From Vicinamibacterales bacterium (GTDB lineage: Bacteria; Acidobacteriota; Vicinamibacteria; Vicinamibacterales; CAVVIG01), in NCBI GenBank assembly GCA_036497895.1, contig DASXIR010000017.1, forward strand, positions 6,899 to 70,898: 64,000 bases of DNA. Reading direction: 5' to 3'. Of the stretch, positions 1 to 10,561 are shown one piece after another. The notes below the pieces were generated by a model that did no database searches, was not told the origin of the DNA, and saw nothing but the letters and a program-made list of their open reading frames with translations. Position 1 is the stretch's first letter. Each line of letters opens with the position of its first letter. The position numbers and the translations under genes are program-made.

Positions 1-1
1 T

Positions 2-952
2 CCGGCGGGACGACGGATGCTGAATCTCTCGCCTGATGCGTCGCCCGAGGCGTGCCACAGCGCGCTCGCCGGCCTGACCCTGACCGAACTGATCGACGAA
101 TGTATTGCCACGGGTGTGCCGATCGTCCGGCGCTCCGTGAAATTGCCCGACCCGCGCCACGGCGTTTCGCATCTCGGTGTGACCGTGTCGCCGCTCCTCG
201 ACGATCGCCAGTCGCTCCACGGGGTGATCTGTCTCTTCACCGATCTCAGCGCCGTGAAGGAGCTCGAGGAACAGTTGCGACTGAAGGAGAGTCTTGCCGC
301 CGTCGGCGAATTGACCGCGGGGATCGCGCACGAGTTTCGCAACGGCCTCGCCACGATTCACGGTTACAGCAAGCTGTTCGATCTGCAGGCGCTGCCCGAG
401 GGATACCGCCGCTACGTCGAGGGCATTCGCGCCGAAACCGAGTCGCTGAGCCAGGTGGTCACCAATTTCCTCAACTTCGCCAGGCCGGCGCAGCTGACAC
501 TTGCGCGTGTGGACCTCGGAGCGGTGTGCGAGCGGACCGCCGAGGAGTATCGAGCCGAGGCGCGCGCGCTCGGCGGCGAGGTGATGGTTCGAGGCGAGTT
601 CGGCGCCGTCGAAGGTGACGAAGTGCTGCTTCGACAGGCCTTCAGCAACGTGATGCGCAACGCCCTCGAAGCCTGCGTCGGCGCCTCGGTCGCCCCCGTC
701 ATCGTCGTGCAGTCCGACATCGACCCGGTTCAGAACGTGTCGCGCATCGCGGTCACCGACAATGGTCCCGGCATCCCGGCCGACTTGCGCGAGAGCGTCT
801 TCCGCCCTTTCTTTACAGCGAAGCGTAACGGCACCGGGCTTGGCCTGTCGCTGGTGCAGAAGATCATCGTTTTTCATAACGGACGTATCGCCATCACAAC
901 CGCACCGCAGGGCGGCGCCAGCCTGCAAATCTCACTTCCGCTGATGGTCTGA
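2..952 (+). CDS. Sensor histidine kinase, 5'-truncated by the window edge (PAS-like segment + HisKA + HATPase_c; NtrB/PilS-like)
   Basis: The frame is open back to nt 2, with no stop before the ATG at 17. H-box AHEFRNGLATIHGYSKL, N-box MRNALEA, G1 DNGPGIP and G2 GTGLGLS are present in the translation. Confidence 0.85.
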   Translation, partial: PAGRRMLNLSPDASPEACHSALAGLTLTELIDECIATGVPIVRRSVKLPDPRHGVSHLGVTVSPLLDDRQSLHGVICLFTDLSAVKELEEQLRLKESLAAVGELTAGIAHEFRNGLATIHGYSKLFDLQALPEGYRRYVEGIRAETESLSQVVTNFLNFARPAQLTLARVDLGAVCERTAEEYRAEARALGGEVMVRGEFGAVEGDEVLLRQAFSNVMRNALEACVGASVAPVIVVQSDIDPVQNVSRIAVTDNGPGIPADLRESVFRPFFTAKRNGTGLGLSLVQKIIVFHNGRIAITTAPQGGASLQISLPLMV

Positions 953-1063
953 CGCACTTCCTGCCGCACGCGAAAGCTGGCCTGACGCAGTTTTCACGCG
1001 TCCATCCTTGTCGCTGTCTCGTCGATCCCCGAATTCCCGGTCAAATTCACCGATCGCTGTCGT

Positions 1064-1624
1064 GTGCCGTCCCGGATCGCCGGTTGCAGCGTGCACTGTG
1101 TGCCGCGCGGTTTCTCGTTGCTGGAAGTTGTCGTTGCGACCTCGATTCTGGTGGTCGCGGTTGCGGGTGTGGCGCCGTTACTGGTCGTGGCTTCGCGCGC
1201 GAATCAATCGGCGCGCATCACCACGATGGCGTCGCTGCTCGCGCAGCAGAAGATGGAGCAGCTGCGCGCCCTCGAGTGGGCAAGAGATCCGTCGGGCGGG
1301 CTGCTCAGCGACGTCGACACCGATCTGACGGTCACGTTTGCCGCAGGTAGTGGCGGTTCTGGCCTCCAGCCGTCGCCTGCCGGATCGCTCGACAGAAACG
1401 TCGATGGCTACTGCGATTTCATTGCTGCTGATGGTCGCGCGGTCGGGGGAGGGTCCGTGCCGCCGGTCGGTGCAGCCTACGTGCGCCGATGGTCGATCGA
1501 ACCGCTGCCGCCCAACGCGGACGAAGCGCTCGTGCTTCAGGTACTGGTCACGCGTGATGGATCAGTCCAGATGTCGCCGGAGGACGTCCGGCTGACCAGC
1601 ATCCGCGTACGGGGAGGTCGGTAA
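1064..1624 (+). CDS. Prepilin-type N-terminal cleavage/methylation domain protein, PilV/GspH-like minor pseudopilin
   Basis: N-terminus ...VHCVPRG/FSLLEVVVATSILVVAV has the G-1, F+1, E+5 prepilin signature followed by a hydrophobic helix. An in-frame GTG at 1091 would give a typical 7-aa leader and is the likelier start. Confidence 0.75.
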   Translation: MPSRIAGCSVHCVPRGFSLLEVVVATSILVVAVAGVAPLLVVASRANQSARITTMASLLAQQKMEQLRALEWARDPSGGLLSDVDTDLTVTFAAGSGGSGLQPSPAGSLDRNVDGYCDFIAADGRAVGGGSVPPVGAAYVRRWSIEPLPPNADEALVLQVLVTRDGSVQMSPEDVRLTSIRVRGGR

Positions 1625-1625
1625 C

Positions 1626-2807
1626 ATGACTGGGAGCGCACGCGGCTTCTCACTGATCGAATCGATTGTCGCGATGGGCATCATGCTGACGGTGACGGCT
1701 GGCATCTTCGGCATGGTCCATCCCGGCCGTCGCACGACGGCCGCCGAGCTCGAAGTCGCCGACCTGCAGCAGCGTCTGCGCGTCGCCGCGGACGCATTGT
1801 CGCGGGATTTGCTGCTCGCTGGTGCGGGATCGTATCTCGGCCCTCACGATGGCGCGCTCGGTCTGTATCTTCCGCCCGTGATGCCGTCCCGGCAGGGAGC
1901 CACCGGCGACGATCCGCCCGGTGCGTTCACGAACGATCGAATCACGCTGCTCTACGTCCCCGCCACCGCAGCTGAAACCTCGTTACTCGCAGATCTCACG
2001 CCCGAATCGCAGACGCTGCAGCTGGCGCCGAAAGCCGGTTGTCCAGGCGGCGCGAATCTCTGCGGATTCGCCAGGAATGTCTCTGCGCTCGTGTACGACG
2101 AACATGGCAACTACGATCTCTTCCCGGTCGCGACCGTGGATGATGGCCTGTCCCAGATCACCGTCAGCAAACCTCCCGATGCGCTGTCGACCACGTATGC
2201 GGCAGGCGCGAAGGTCGTGGAGGTAATCAGCCGAACCTACGCGCTCAGAACAGATCCGGCGACTGGTTCGCTGCAGTTGACAACCTACGACGGCACCTAC
2301 AACGCCGAGGTTCCCGTCGTCGATCACGTCGTACGCCTGTCGTTCGACTATTTTGGCGAGCCGTTGCCGCCCGCGATATCGCGGCCGCTCAGCGACGAAT
2401 CGGGTCCGTGGACAACCTACGGACCGAAGCCGCCGGACACCACAGTCAAACCGACCGCCTATCCCGCCGGCGAAAACTGCGCGTTCGCGCGCGACGCAGA
2501 TGGCGAGCCCGTGCCGCGCCTGGCAACGCTTGCTGCCGGTCCTGGACTCGTCAAGCTGACGGCCGCGCAGTTGAGCGACGGCCCATGGTGCCCGGACGCC
2601 GCGAACGCCAATCGCTGGGATGCGGACCTGCTGAGGATTCGAAAGGTGGCGGTCACGCTTCGGGTCGAAGCGGCGGCGCCGATGTTACGAGGGCCGGCAG
2701 GTCCGCTGTTCGTGAATGGCGGCAGCGCGCGAGGCGGTCTCGCCTGGGTGCCCGATCAGGAAGTGCGATTTGAAATCGCGCCGCGTAACTTGAATCTGGG
2801 GCGATAG
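1626..2807 (+). CDS. Prepilin-type protein, PilW-like minor pseudopilin (393 aa)
   Basis: MTGSARG/FSLIESIVAMGIMLTV has a 7-aa leader with G-1/F+1/E+5. The ATG lies 1 nt after the TAA of the preceding gene (1622-1628), indicating translational coupling. Confidence 0.7.
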   Translation: MTGSARGFSLIESIVAMGIMLTVTAGIFGMVHPGRRTTAAELEVADLQQRLRVAADALSRDLLLAGAGSYLGPHDGALGLYLPPVMPSRQGATGDDPPGAFTNDRITLLYVPATAAETSLLADLTPESQTLQLAPKAGCPGGANLCGFARNVSALVYDEHGNYDLFPVATVDDGLSQITVSKPPDALSTTYAAGAKVVEVISRTYALRTDPATGSLQLTTYDGTYNAEVPVVDHVVRLSFDYFGEPLPPAISRPLSDESGPWTTYGPKPPDTTVKPTAYPAGENCAFARDADGEPVPRLATLAAGPGLVKLTAAQLSDGPWCPDAANANRWDADLLRIRKVAVTLRVEAAAPMLRGPAGPLFVNGGSARGGLAWVPDQEVRFEIAPRNLNLGR

Positions 2808-2808
2808 C

Positions 2809-3456
2809 GTGAATACGGTTCTTCGGCGCGAGGACGGAATCGCACTGCTGGTCGCCATCATGGCGACGCTGTTGCTGACCGCCCTTGCCGGTGCGATGGT
2901 GCTGACGACCACCTCGGAAACAATCATCGCGGCTAACTTTCGTCGAGCCGCGGAGGAACTCTACGCGGCCGATGCGGGACTCGAGCGCATCATTGACGAA
3001 TTGCGGTCGGTGCCGGACTGGAACGCGGTTCGGCTTGGTCTGGTGCGCTCCTCGTTCGTCGACGGCCCGCCGTCCGGGTTGCGCACATTACCGGACGGCT
3101 CGACGATCGACCTGAGCCAAATTGTGAACCTGGCGAACTGCGAGAAGACTGTTTCCTGCACCGACTCTGAGATGAATGCGGTGACGCCGGACCGCCCATG
3201 GGCGGCAGCCAACCCGCATTGGGTGTTGACCGGCTACACGCCCTTCGGTGTCCTGCTCACCGCCGGTGCGGGCAATTCGACGATTTACCTCGTCATTTTG
3301 GCTGCCGCGAGCCCCGGACCGGGCGATCCGGCGGTTGAGACCCTGGCCCTGAGGGCGGAGGCGTTTGGCTCGAGAGGCGGGCACAAGGTCATCGAAGCCG
3401 CGCTGGCGCGGACAGATGCCGGCGTCCGTCTGCTGTCATGGCGCACAGTTCGATAG
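2809..3456 (+). CDS. PilX-N-like pseudopilin-associated protein (215 aa)
   Basis: The N-terminus GIALLVAIMATLLLTALAGAMVLTTTSETIIAANFRRAAEELYAADAGLE resembles the PilX N-terminal domain pattern. The GTG start lies 1 nt after the TAG of the preceding gene (2805-2811). Confidence 0.6.
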   Translation: MNTVLRREDGIALLVAIMATLLLTALAGAMVLTTTSETIIAANFRRAAEELYAADAGLERIIDELRSVPDWNAVRLGLVRSSFVDGPPSGLRTLPDGSTIDLSQIVNLANCEKTVSCTDSEMNAVTPDRPWAAANPHWVLTGYTPFGVLLTAGAGNSTIYLVILAAASPGPGDPAVETLALRAEAFGSRGGHKVIEAALARTDAGVRLLSWRTVR

Positions 3457-3537
3457 CAGGCTGCTGGACCAGGGCGTCCTTGACCGGGGGGGGACCCTTA
3501 CGTACGATCATTTTGGAGCCGATAAGGGGACTGGCCC

Positions 3538-4095
3538 ATGTCCAAACAGATCACGCTTGCCCTGGTGATGCTCGCCTTTGCCGGCACCATGCGGGCCCAG
3601 TCGCTAGCTGACGTCGCGAAGAAGGAAGAGGAACGTCGCAAGGCGTCGCCGCCGCCGACCAAGGTCTACACCAACAAGGACCTGGTCGACGTGCCCGGAG
3701 GGTCGACCCCGCCTCCGCCGACCTCGCCGTCCGACACAGCTGCGGCCGCCGACACATCCGCCACGTCAGGCAGCGGTGGCGCGGGGAAAATCGACGATGA
3801 CAAGTCCACCCCGAAAGACAAGGCGTACTGGACGAAGCGCCTGAAGACGTTGCAGGACAAACTCGACAACGACACGGCCTTTGCGTCCGCGCTTCAGTCC
3901 CAGGTCAACGGATTGACCACTGACTTTGTCAATCGCGACGACCCGGCCCAGCGGGCCGCAATCGAAGCGCAGCGCGTCAAGGCGCTGGGGCAGCTCAACG
4001 ATCTGAAAACCGCGATCCCGCTCGACAACAAAGCCATCGCCGACCTGCTCGAGGAAGCGCGCCGCGCTGGCGTGCCGCCCGGCTGGCTGCGGTGA
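3538..4095 (+). CDS. Secreted coiled-coil protein of unknown function (185 aa)
   Basis: Signal peptide MSKQITLALVMLAFAGTMRAQS, a Pro/Ser/Thr-rich linker, then a heptad-like helical region (KRLKTLQDKLDND...AQRVKALGQLNDLK). AAGGGGA lies 8 nt upstream of the ATG. No family recognised. Confidence 0.6.
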   Translation: MSKQITLALVMLAFAGTMRAQSLADVAKKEEERRKASPPPTKVYTNKDLVDVPGGSTPPPPTSPSDTAAAADTSATSGSGGAGKIDDDKSTPKDKAYWTKRLKTLQDKLDNDTAFASALQSQVNGLTTDFVNRDDPAQRAAIEAQRVKALGQLNDLKTAIPLDNKAIADLLEEARRAGVPPGWLR

Positions 4096-4153
4096 GCATT
4101 CGGCTGACACCGGCCGCAACCCCGCTGAAACTTGCCCCTGGCTGGATCGCGGG

Positions 4154-5572
<1,419 letters not shown>

Positions 5573-5580
5573 CTCTCGAC

Positions 5581-6678
5581 CTACTTCGCGAACCCGACTT
5601 TCCTGAGGGTGGTGCGAATCTCGTTCTCGCTCACATCGTCCACAATCGTCGTCGCGCCGATCGCCATAGGCAGCACGAAGTGCAACGTGCCGGCCATCAC
5701 TTTTTTATCGTGCTGGATGGCGGCCAGGATTTCAGAGGCCGGGAGGTCGGTAATCGGTGGCAGCGGACCGAGGCTGGCGATCACATCCGCGAGCGCGAGC
5801 CGGTCCTGCTCGGACAGCACGCCCCGGGCCTTCGCGAGTTCGGCTGCGACCAGCATCCCGACGCCCACCGCCTCGCCGTGTCGGAAACGCCGGTATTTGG
5901 TGACGGCCTCGATCGCGTGGCCGGCGGTGTGGCCGAAGTTCAGAATCCGGCGCGGGCCCGTCTCGCGCTCGTCGGCCGTGACCACGTCCGCCTTGATCCG
6001 GCAGGCCTCCGCGATGATTGGCGTCAACGTTTCAGGCGTGCGCGTGAAGATCGCCTTGCGCTCGCGGACGATGCGATCGAACAGCGCGGGGCTGGAGGTC
6101 ATGCCGTACTTGATCACTTCGTACAGCCCGGCGCGAAACTCGCGGCGCGGCAGCGTGCCGAGCACGGCTGGATCGGCGATCACCGCGTGCGGCTGATAGA
6201 ACGCGCCGATCAGGTTCTTGCCGTGCGGATGGTTGACGCCCACCTTGCCGCCAATCGCGCTGTCCACCTGTGCCAGGAGCGTCGTCGGCAGGTGCACCAG
6301 CGCGATGCCGCGCAGGTAGGTCGCCGCGGCGAATCCAGCCATGTCGCCGATCACGCCGCCGCCAAAGGTGATGATCGTCGAGGCGCGGTCGGCATTCGCC
6401 CGCACCAATGCGTCGTAAACGCGTGAGACGGTTGCGAGTTGCTTGAAGCGCTCGCCGTCGGGCACGAGGATTGGTTCGGCCGCCGACACCGCGCGGGTCA
6501 ATTGCGGACCGTGGAGCCGCCATACCAGCGGGCTCGACACGATGAACCGGCGCGCGGGCGCTCGCAGGACATCGAGTGAATGCCCGACGTGGTCGAGAGT
6601 GCCGTGGCCGATGGTGACCGTGTACGGGCGGGACGGCGTCCTGACGTCGATGCGGATCGGTCCAGGGGAGTCCATCAA
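5581..6678 (-). CDS. aroB: 3-dehydroquinate synthase
   Basis: 365 aa with GGGVIGDMAGFAAATYLRGI and NFGHTAGHAIE motifs typical of AroB. TTG start at 6678, with ATG as the second codon. Confidence 0.92.
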   Translation of the reverse strand: MMDSPGPIRIDVRTPSRPYTVTIGHGTLDHVGHSLDVLRAPARRFIVSSPLVWRLHGPQLTRAVSAAEPILVPDGERFKQLATVSRVYDALVRANADRASTIITFGGGVIGDMAGFAAATYLRGIALVHLPTTLLAQVDSAIGGKVGVNHPHGKNLIGAFYQPHAVIADPAVLGTLPRREFRAGLYEVIKYGMTSSPALFDRIVRERKAIFTRTPETLTPIIAEACRIKADVVTADERETGPRRILNFGHTAGHAIEAVTKYRRFRHGEAVGVGMLVAAELAKARGVLSEQDRLALADVIASLGPLPPITDLPASEILAAIQHDKKVMAGTLHFVLPMAIGATTIVDDVSENEIRTTLRKVGFAK

Positions 6679-6743
6679 ATCAGGATGTTAGGATAACTTA
6701 GAATAGGATCTGCTCTGGCAGATCCGTCCTGTCGCTCAACATC

Positions 6744-8213
6744 ATGGCCAAACAAGACAAGAAGCACGATAAGGCAGACGCCTTCGTCACCGAAATCACG
6801 CCCCGGTCGCAGGATTTCTCGAAGTGGTACATCGACGTGGTCCTCCGAGCCGAACTGGCCGACTATTCGCCGGTCAAGGGCTGCATGGTGATCCGGCCTT
6901 ATGGCTACGCGATCTGGGAGCTGATTCAACAGGCCCTCGATAAACGTATCAAGGCGACCGGCCACGTCAACGCCTATTTCCCTCTGTTCATTCCCGAAGG
7001 CCTTCTGAACAAGGAGGCCGAGCACGTCGAGGGATTCGCGCCGCAGGTGGCCTACGTCACCGTCGGCGGCGGAGAAGTGCTCGAGGAAAAGCTGGTCGTT
7101 CGTCCGACCTCGGAAGCGATCATCGGGACGATGTACGCGAAATGGGTCCAGTCCTGGCGCGACCTGCCGATTCTGATCAACCAGTGGGCGAACGTCGTGC
7201 GCTGGGAGAAAGTGACGCGTCCGTTCCTGCGCACGACCGAATTTCTGTGGCAGGAAGGGCACACCGCGCATGAGACCGCGGAAGAAGCTGAAGACGAGAC
7301 GCTGAAGATCCTGCATCTCTACAAGGAAACGCTCGAGACTGAGCTGGCGGTCCCGGTCGTGGAAGGACGAAAGAGCGAGAGCGAGAAGTTTGCCGGCGCG
7401 CTGCGGACCTATTCGATCGAGGCGCTGATGGGCGACGGCCGGGCGCTGCAGGCGGGCACCTCGCACAACCTCGGCCAGAATTTCGCGAAGGCGTTCGAGA
7501 TCACGTTTCAGGCGCGGGACAAGTCGATGCAGCACGTGTGGGGCACGTCATGGGGCATGACAACACGCCTGATCGGCGCGGCGATCATGGTCCACGGCGA
7601 TGACAGCGGCCTGATTCTGCCGCCGCGCATCGCGCCGTATCAGGTCGTGATTGTGCCGATTGGTCGCGACAACTGGCGCGAGACCGTGTTGCCGGTCGCG
7701 AAAAAACTGCAGGACGATCTCGTCGCCGCGGGCATCCGGGTCACGCTCGACGAGCGCGACGAGCGTCCAGGCTGGAAATTCGCCGAATGGGAAATGCGCG
7801 GCGTGCCGCTGCGGCTGGAGATCGGACCCAAGGACATCGAGAAGTCGGCGGTGCTGGTCGCCCGGCGCGACACCCGCGAGAAGCAAAGCATCGCCATGGA
7901 TGGCCTGACCGCCCGCCTCCGTGAATTGCTCGACGAGATTCAGGCCGGCCTGTTCACGCGTGCGGTCCAGTTCCAGCAGGAGCACACGCAGCGTGCCGAC
8001 ACCTACGCCGCGTTCAGGCAGCTGATGGAAGGGCGCCCGGGATTCGTGATCGCGCCGTGGTGCGGCGCTGCCGAATGCGAGACACAGATCAAGAACGACA
8101 CCCAGGCAACGATTCGCAACATGCCGATGGGCGCTCACGCCGCAGCTGACAGCCGCTGCATTCGTTGTGACAATCCGGCAACCGCCGAAGCCTGGTTCGC
8201 CAAGTCGTACTGA
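6744..8213 (+). CDS. proS: Proline--tRNA ligase (archaeal/eukaryote-like form without an editing insertion)
   Basis: 489 aa. The N-terminus FSKWYIDVVLRAELADYSPVKGCMVIRPYGYAIWE, class II core, a C-terminal Cys cluster (CGAAEC...CIRC) and a terminal ...FAKSY tyrosine are characteristic of this ProRS type. Confidence 0.93.
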   Translation: MAKQDKKHDKADAFVTEITPRSQDFSKWYIDVVLRAELADYSPVKGCMVIRPYGYAIWELIQQALDKRIKATGHVNAYFPLFIPEGLLNKEAEHVEGFAPQVAYVTVGGGEVLEEKLVVRPTSEAIIGTMYAKWVQSWRDLPILINQWANVVRWEKVTRPFLRTTEFLWQEGHTAHETAEEAEDETLKILHLYKETLETELAVPVVEGRKSESEKFAGALRTYSIEALMGDGRALQAGTSHNLGQNFAKAFEITFQARDKSMQHVWGTSWGMTTRLIGAAIMVHGDDSGLILPPRIAPYQVVIVPIGRDNWRETVLPVAKKLQDDLVAAGIRVTLDERDERPGWKFAEWEMRGVPLRLEIGPKDIEKSAVLVARRDTREKQSIAMDGLTARLRELLDEIQAGLFTRAVQFQQEHTQRADTYAAFRQLMEGRPGFVIAPWCGAAECETQIKNDTQATIRNMPMGAHAAADSRCIRCDNPATAEAWFAKSY

Positions 8214-8256
8214 CGCCCGGTGTGGCGCGCTGACGCTCTCGCGTGGCGCAGCCCTT

Positions 8257-9270
8257 TCAGGGCCGAGGCGGCCAGAGCGCGTCGAGCGCCGCCTTCGACT
8301 TTTTCTCGATCTTCTTGATCGCCGCGTGACGCCGCGTCAGCTTGTCGCGCTTGACGATCGCGCGGAAGGCATCGACGAGGTGGTCGCGCCACCACTGGTC
8401 GCGGGCGCGCGCAAAGGCGCCGGCGATCGCCTCGACGCACGAGGCGTCGCCGATGGTCGAGAGCGCCGCCAGGAATTCCACTGGTAGCGGCGCGCGAGCC
8501 GCTTCGATCGATTCACGCAGATCGTAAACGGCCAGGCGGCTCCCACGCTGCGCCAGCGCCAGGTGCGCAGCGGCCCTGACCGCCGTCCAGTCAGGACGTT
8601 GCGCCGCCGGCTGCCCTCGCTCGTGCTCGCGGATTCGCTCGATGATCTGCAGCAGGACCGGCAGCGGCGCGCGCTGTCCCGCACGTGCGATTGATTGGCG
8701 CATCACCTGCGGGTCCCACGACAGGCTTCCGCGCGCACCGCGGGTCAGCAGATCGAGCGGGTCGAGCGTCTCCTCTGTTCCACCGGCCGCCGACACGGCG
8801 GTTTGGACGTCCACGCTGGTGTCGTCCGCCAGCGACGCAAAGACCGGCGCCAGGGTGGATGGCGCCAGATCGCGCAGCCCTCGCAGCGCCGCGACCCGAA
8901 CCGGTGCCGGCCGCGCCCTGTCCAGCGCGATCTCAATGAGCCGATCCACCGCGGCGGCCCCCTTTGGTCCACGCACGAACACGCCCGCGAGGCTGGCGGC
9001 GGCCGCCGCCACCGCGGCGTCGGGGTCGCCGAGGGCCTCGAACGCGATTGGCAGCGCACGCGGGTCGGCGATGCCTTCGAGGGCGCGCAACGCCGCTGTC
9101 CGCGCGATCGCATTCGTGGGCGAATCGGCAGCCGACAACAGCCGCTCGACCGCCCGCGCGCCGATCACGGTCAGCCGCGCGACGGCTGCCTCGCGTGTCG
9201 TGGCATCCCCGGCGCCGAGATTCTCGATCAGCGTTGAAATCTGTGTGGAAGCCGATGCCCGCGTCGCCAC
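8257..9270 (-). CDS. HEAT-repeat (PBS-lyase-like) protein, 338 aa
   Basis: Repeated A..ALRALEGIADPRALP / ALGDPDAAV-type HEAT units. A GTG start at 9270 was chosen because the longer ORF (to 9789) runs through tatC in another frame. Confidence 0.6.
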   Translation of the reverse strand: MATRASASTQISTLIENLGAGDATTREAAVARLTVIGARAVERLLSAADSPTNAIARTAALRALEGIADPRALPIAFEALGDPDAAVAAAAASLAGVFVRGPKGAAAVDRLIEIALDRARPAPVRVAALRGLRDLAPSTLAPVFASLADDTSVDVQTAVSAAGGTEETLDPLDLLTRGARGSLSWDPQVMRQSIARAGQRAPLPVLLQIIERIREHERGQPAAQRPDWTAVRAAAHLALAQRGSRLAVYDLRESIEAARAPLPVEFLAALSTIGDASCVEAIAGAFARARDQWWRDHLVDAFRAIVKRDKLTRRHAAIKKIEKKSKAALDALWPPRP

Positions 9271-9317
9271 TCGAGCGATCCTAACCCAGGCGGCTCGGGG
9301 CAGGCCCCGGCGCCACT

Positions 9318-10133
9318 CTAGTCGTCCAGTTGCTCGGTCTTGCTGCGCGGGTTCACGATCCAGGCGATGCCGATGCTGAGGAAATACAGAATGATCATCG
9401 GCGCAGCGAAGATGGTCTGGTTCATCGGGTCGCCGGTCGGGGTGACGACAGCGGCGATGATGTATGCGATCAGAATGGCGTACTTGCCGTGTTTCCAGAG
9501 GAAGCTCGCCGTGACCAGCTTCATCCTCGCCAGGAAGTAGATGATCGTCGGCATCTGGAAGATGACGCCCATGCCGATCAGCATCTTCAGATACAGATCG
9601 AAGGTGTCCTGCAGGCGCGGCATGAACACCAGGTCGACGCTGTTGAAGCTGGCGAAGAACCGCATCAGGAACGGAAACGCCACGTAGTGATTGAACGCGG
9701 CTCCGCCGAGGAATCCGGCGACGGTGAAAAGTACGAATGGCGTCGCCATCCGCTTTTCTTTCTGGTAGAGACCGGGCGCGATGAAGCACCAGACCTGATA
9801 CATCACGTACGGTGACGCAATGACCGCCCCCGCGATCAGCGACACGGTGATGTACATCGCGAACCCTTCGCCGGGTTCGGTGTAGACCATCTTGACGCCA
9901 GGCGGCAGCACCTTTCGCGTCGGCGCAAGGAGGAAGTCCATGATCTGGTAGATGAAGCCGAACCCGACCAGGATGCCGACGCCGATCGCTATCGCGGAAT
10001 TGACGATGCGCTTGCGGAGCTCGTCGAGATGCTCCAGAAACGACATCTTCCCCGCGATACTCTCATCGTCGTCATCATCGGGGGGAAGCGGCAAGGCCCC
10101 CGAGTGGGGGCCCGGAAAGGGGACCAGGGCCAT
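9318..10133 (-). CDS. tatC: Twin-arginine translocase subunit TatC
   Basis: MSFLEHLDELRKRIV... plus six predicted TM helices typical of TatC. An alternative ATG start at 10046 would remove a 29-aa acidic extension. Confidence 0.9.
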   Translation of the reverse strand: MALVPFPGPHSGALPLPPDDDDDESIAGKMSFLEHLDELRKRIVNSAIAIGVGILVGFGFIYQIMDFLLAPTRKVLPPGVKMVYTEPGEGFAMYITVSLIAGAVIASPYVMYQVWCFIAPGLYQKEKRMATPFVLFTVAGFLGGAAFNHYVAFPFLMRFFASFNSVDLVFMPRLQDTFDLYLKMLIGMGVIFQMPTIIYFLARMKLVTASFLWKHGKYAILIAYIIAAVVTPTGDPMNQTIFAAPMIILYFLSIGIAWIVNPRSKTEQLDD

Positions 10134-10147
10134 GGGCGGCTCGCGCC

Positions 10148-10426
10148 TTACGCGCTGTGATCAGCTTGACGCACCGGGACCGTCTCTTCCACGTGCGTGG
10201 TGATCGGCGCCGGCTGAGTTGCTTTCGTCGCGTCGATGGCAGAGCGCTGTTCCTCGATGCGGATTTCTTCTTCGAGCGTGTTCTTGAGCTCGTTCGAGGC
10301 CTTCTTGAACTCGGCCAGACTCTTGCCCAGCGAACGACCCAATTCCGGCAGCTTCCGGGGCCCAAAGATGATCAAGGCAATGACGAAGATGATGATTAAC
10401 TCCGGCATTCCGATGGAACCAAGCAT
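10148..10426 (-). CDS. tatA: Twin-arginine translocase TatA/E family protein
   Basis: [43 protein letters not shown] is a canonical TatA TM plus amphipathic helix. The ATG at 10426 was chosen over the longer ORF start at 10513. Confidence 0.88.
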   Translation of the reverse strand: MLGSIGMPELIIIFVIALIIFGPRKLPELGRSLGKSLAEFKKASNELKNTLEEEIRIEEQRSAIDATKATQPAPITTHVEETVPVRQADHSA

Positions 10427-10469
10427 ATGTATCCTACTTTCACAAAACCAAGGCGGGTCGGCTCCCTTC

Positions 10470-10498
10470 ATTATAGAAAGCGGCTGAAGGCGGGTCAA
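10470..10498 (-). promoter_or_regulatory. Candidate sigma-70-type promoter for tatA-tatC (TTGACC-N17-TATAAT)
   Basis: On the minus strand, TTGACC (10493-10498) and TATAAT (10470-10475) are separated by 17 nt, about 44 nt upstream of the tatA ATG. This rests on consensus match only. Confidence 0.4.
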
Positions 10499-10531
10499 GG
10501 TTTTCCCCGCCACACGAATCCCCAGAAGTCA

Positions 10532-10561
10532 TTGCAACGTAAGGAATTTATCTGCTAGGAT
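10532..10561 (+). promoter_or_regulatory. Candidate promoter for the S41 protease gene (TTGCAA-N18-TAGGAT), possibly giving a leaderless mRNA
   Basis: TTGCAA at 10532-10537 and TAGGAT at 10556-10561. Only 6 nt separate the -10 box from the ATG at 10568, and no SD is visible. Confidence 0.3.

Noticed and set aside
953-1090. A search for a sigma-54 -24/-12 promoter or enhancer sites upstream of the pseudopilin genes. This noted the direct repeat CTGACGCA at 949-956 and 982-989.
   Set aside because: There is no TGGCAC-N5-TTGC-like match by eye (TGGCCTGACGCAGTTTT has no -12 GC). The 8-mer repeat alone is too weak to call. A PWM scan is needed.
8214-8256. A possible terminator between the convergent proS and HEAT-repeat genes.
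   Set aside because: The GTGGCGC motif occurs twice as a direct repeat, not an inverted one. I could not identify a convincing stem-loop.
9271-9789. The N-terminal 173-aa extension of the HEAT-repeat ORF. Analogous long 5' extensions occur at 48788-49366, 43067-43417, 42824-43108, 62504-62989, 51971-52183, 58323-58439, 60210-60386 and 27220-27309.
   Set aside because: The extensions run through neighbouring well-supported genes in other frames, or are Arg-rich and lack homology-like features. Internal starts give N-termini matching family expectations (signal peptides, conserved first motifs, SD sequences or ATGA/GTGA overlaps).
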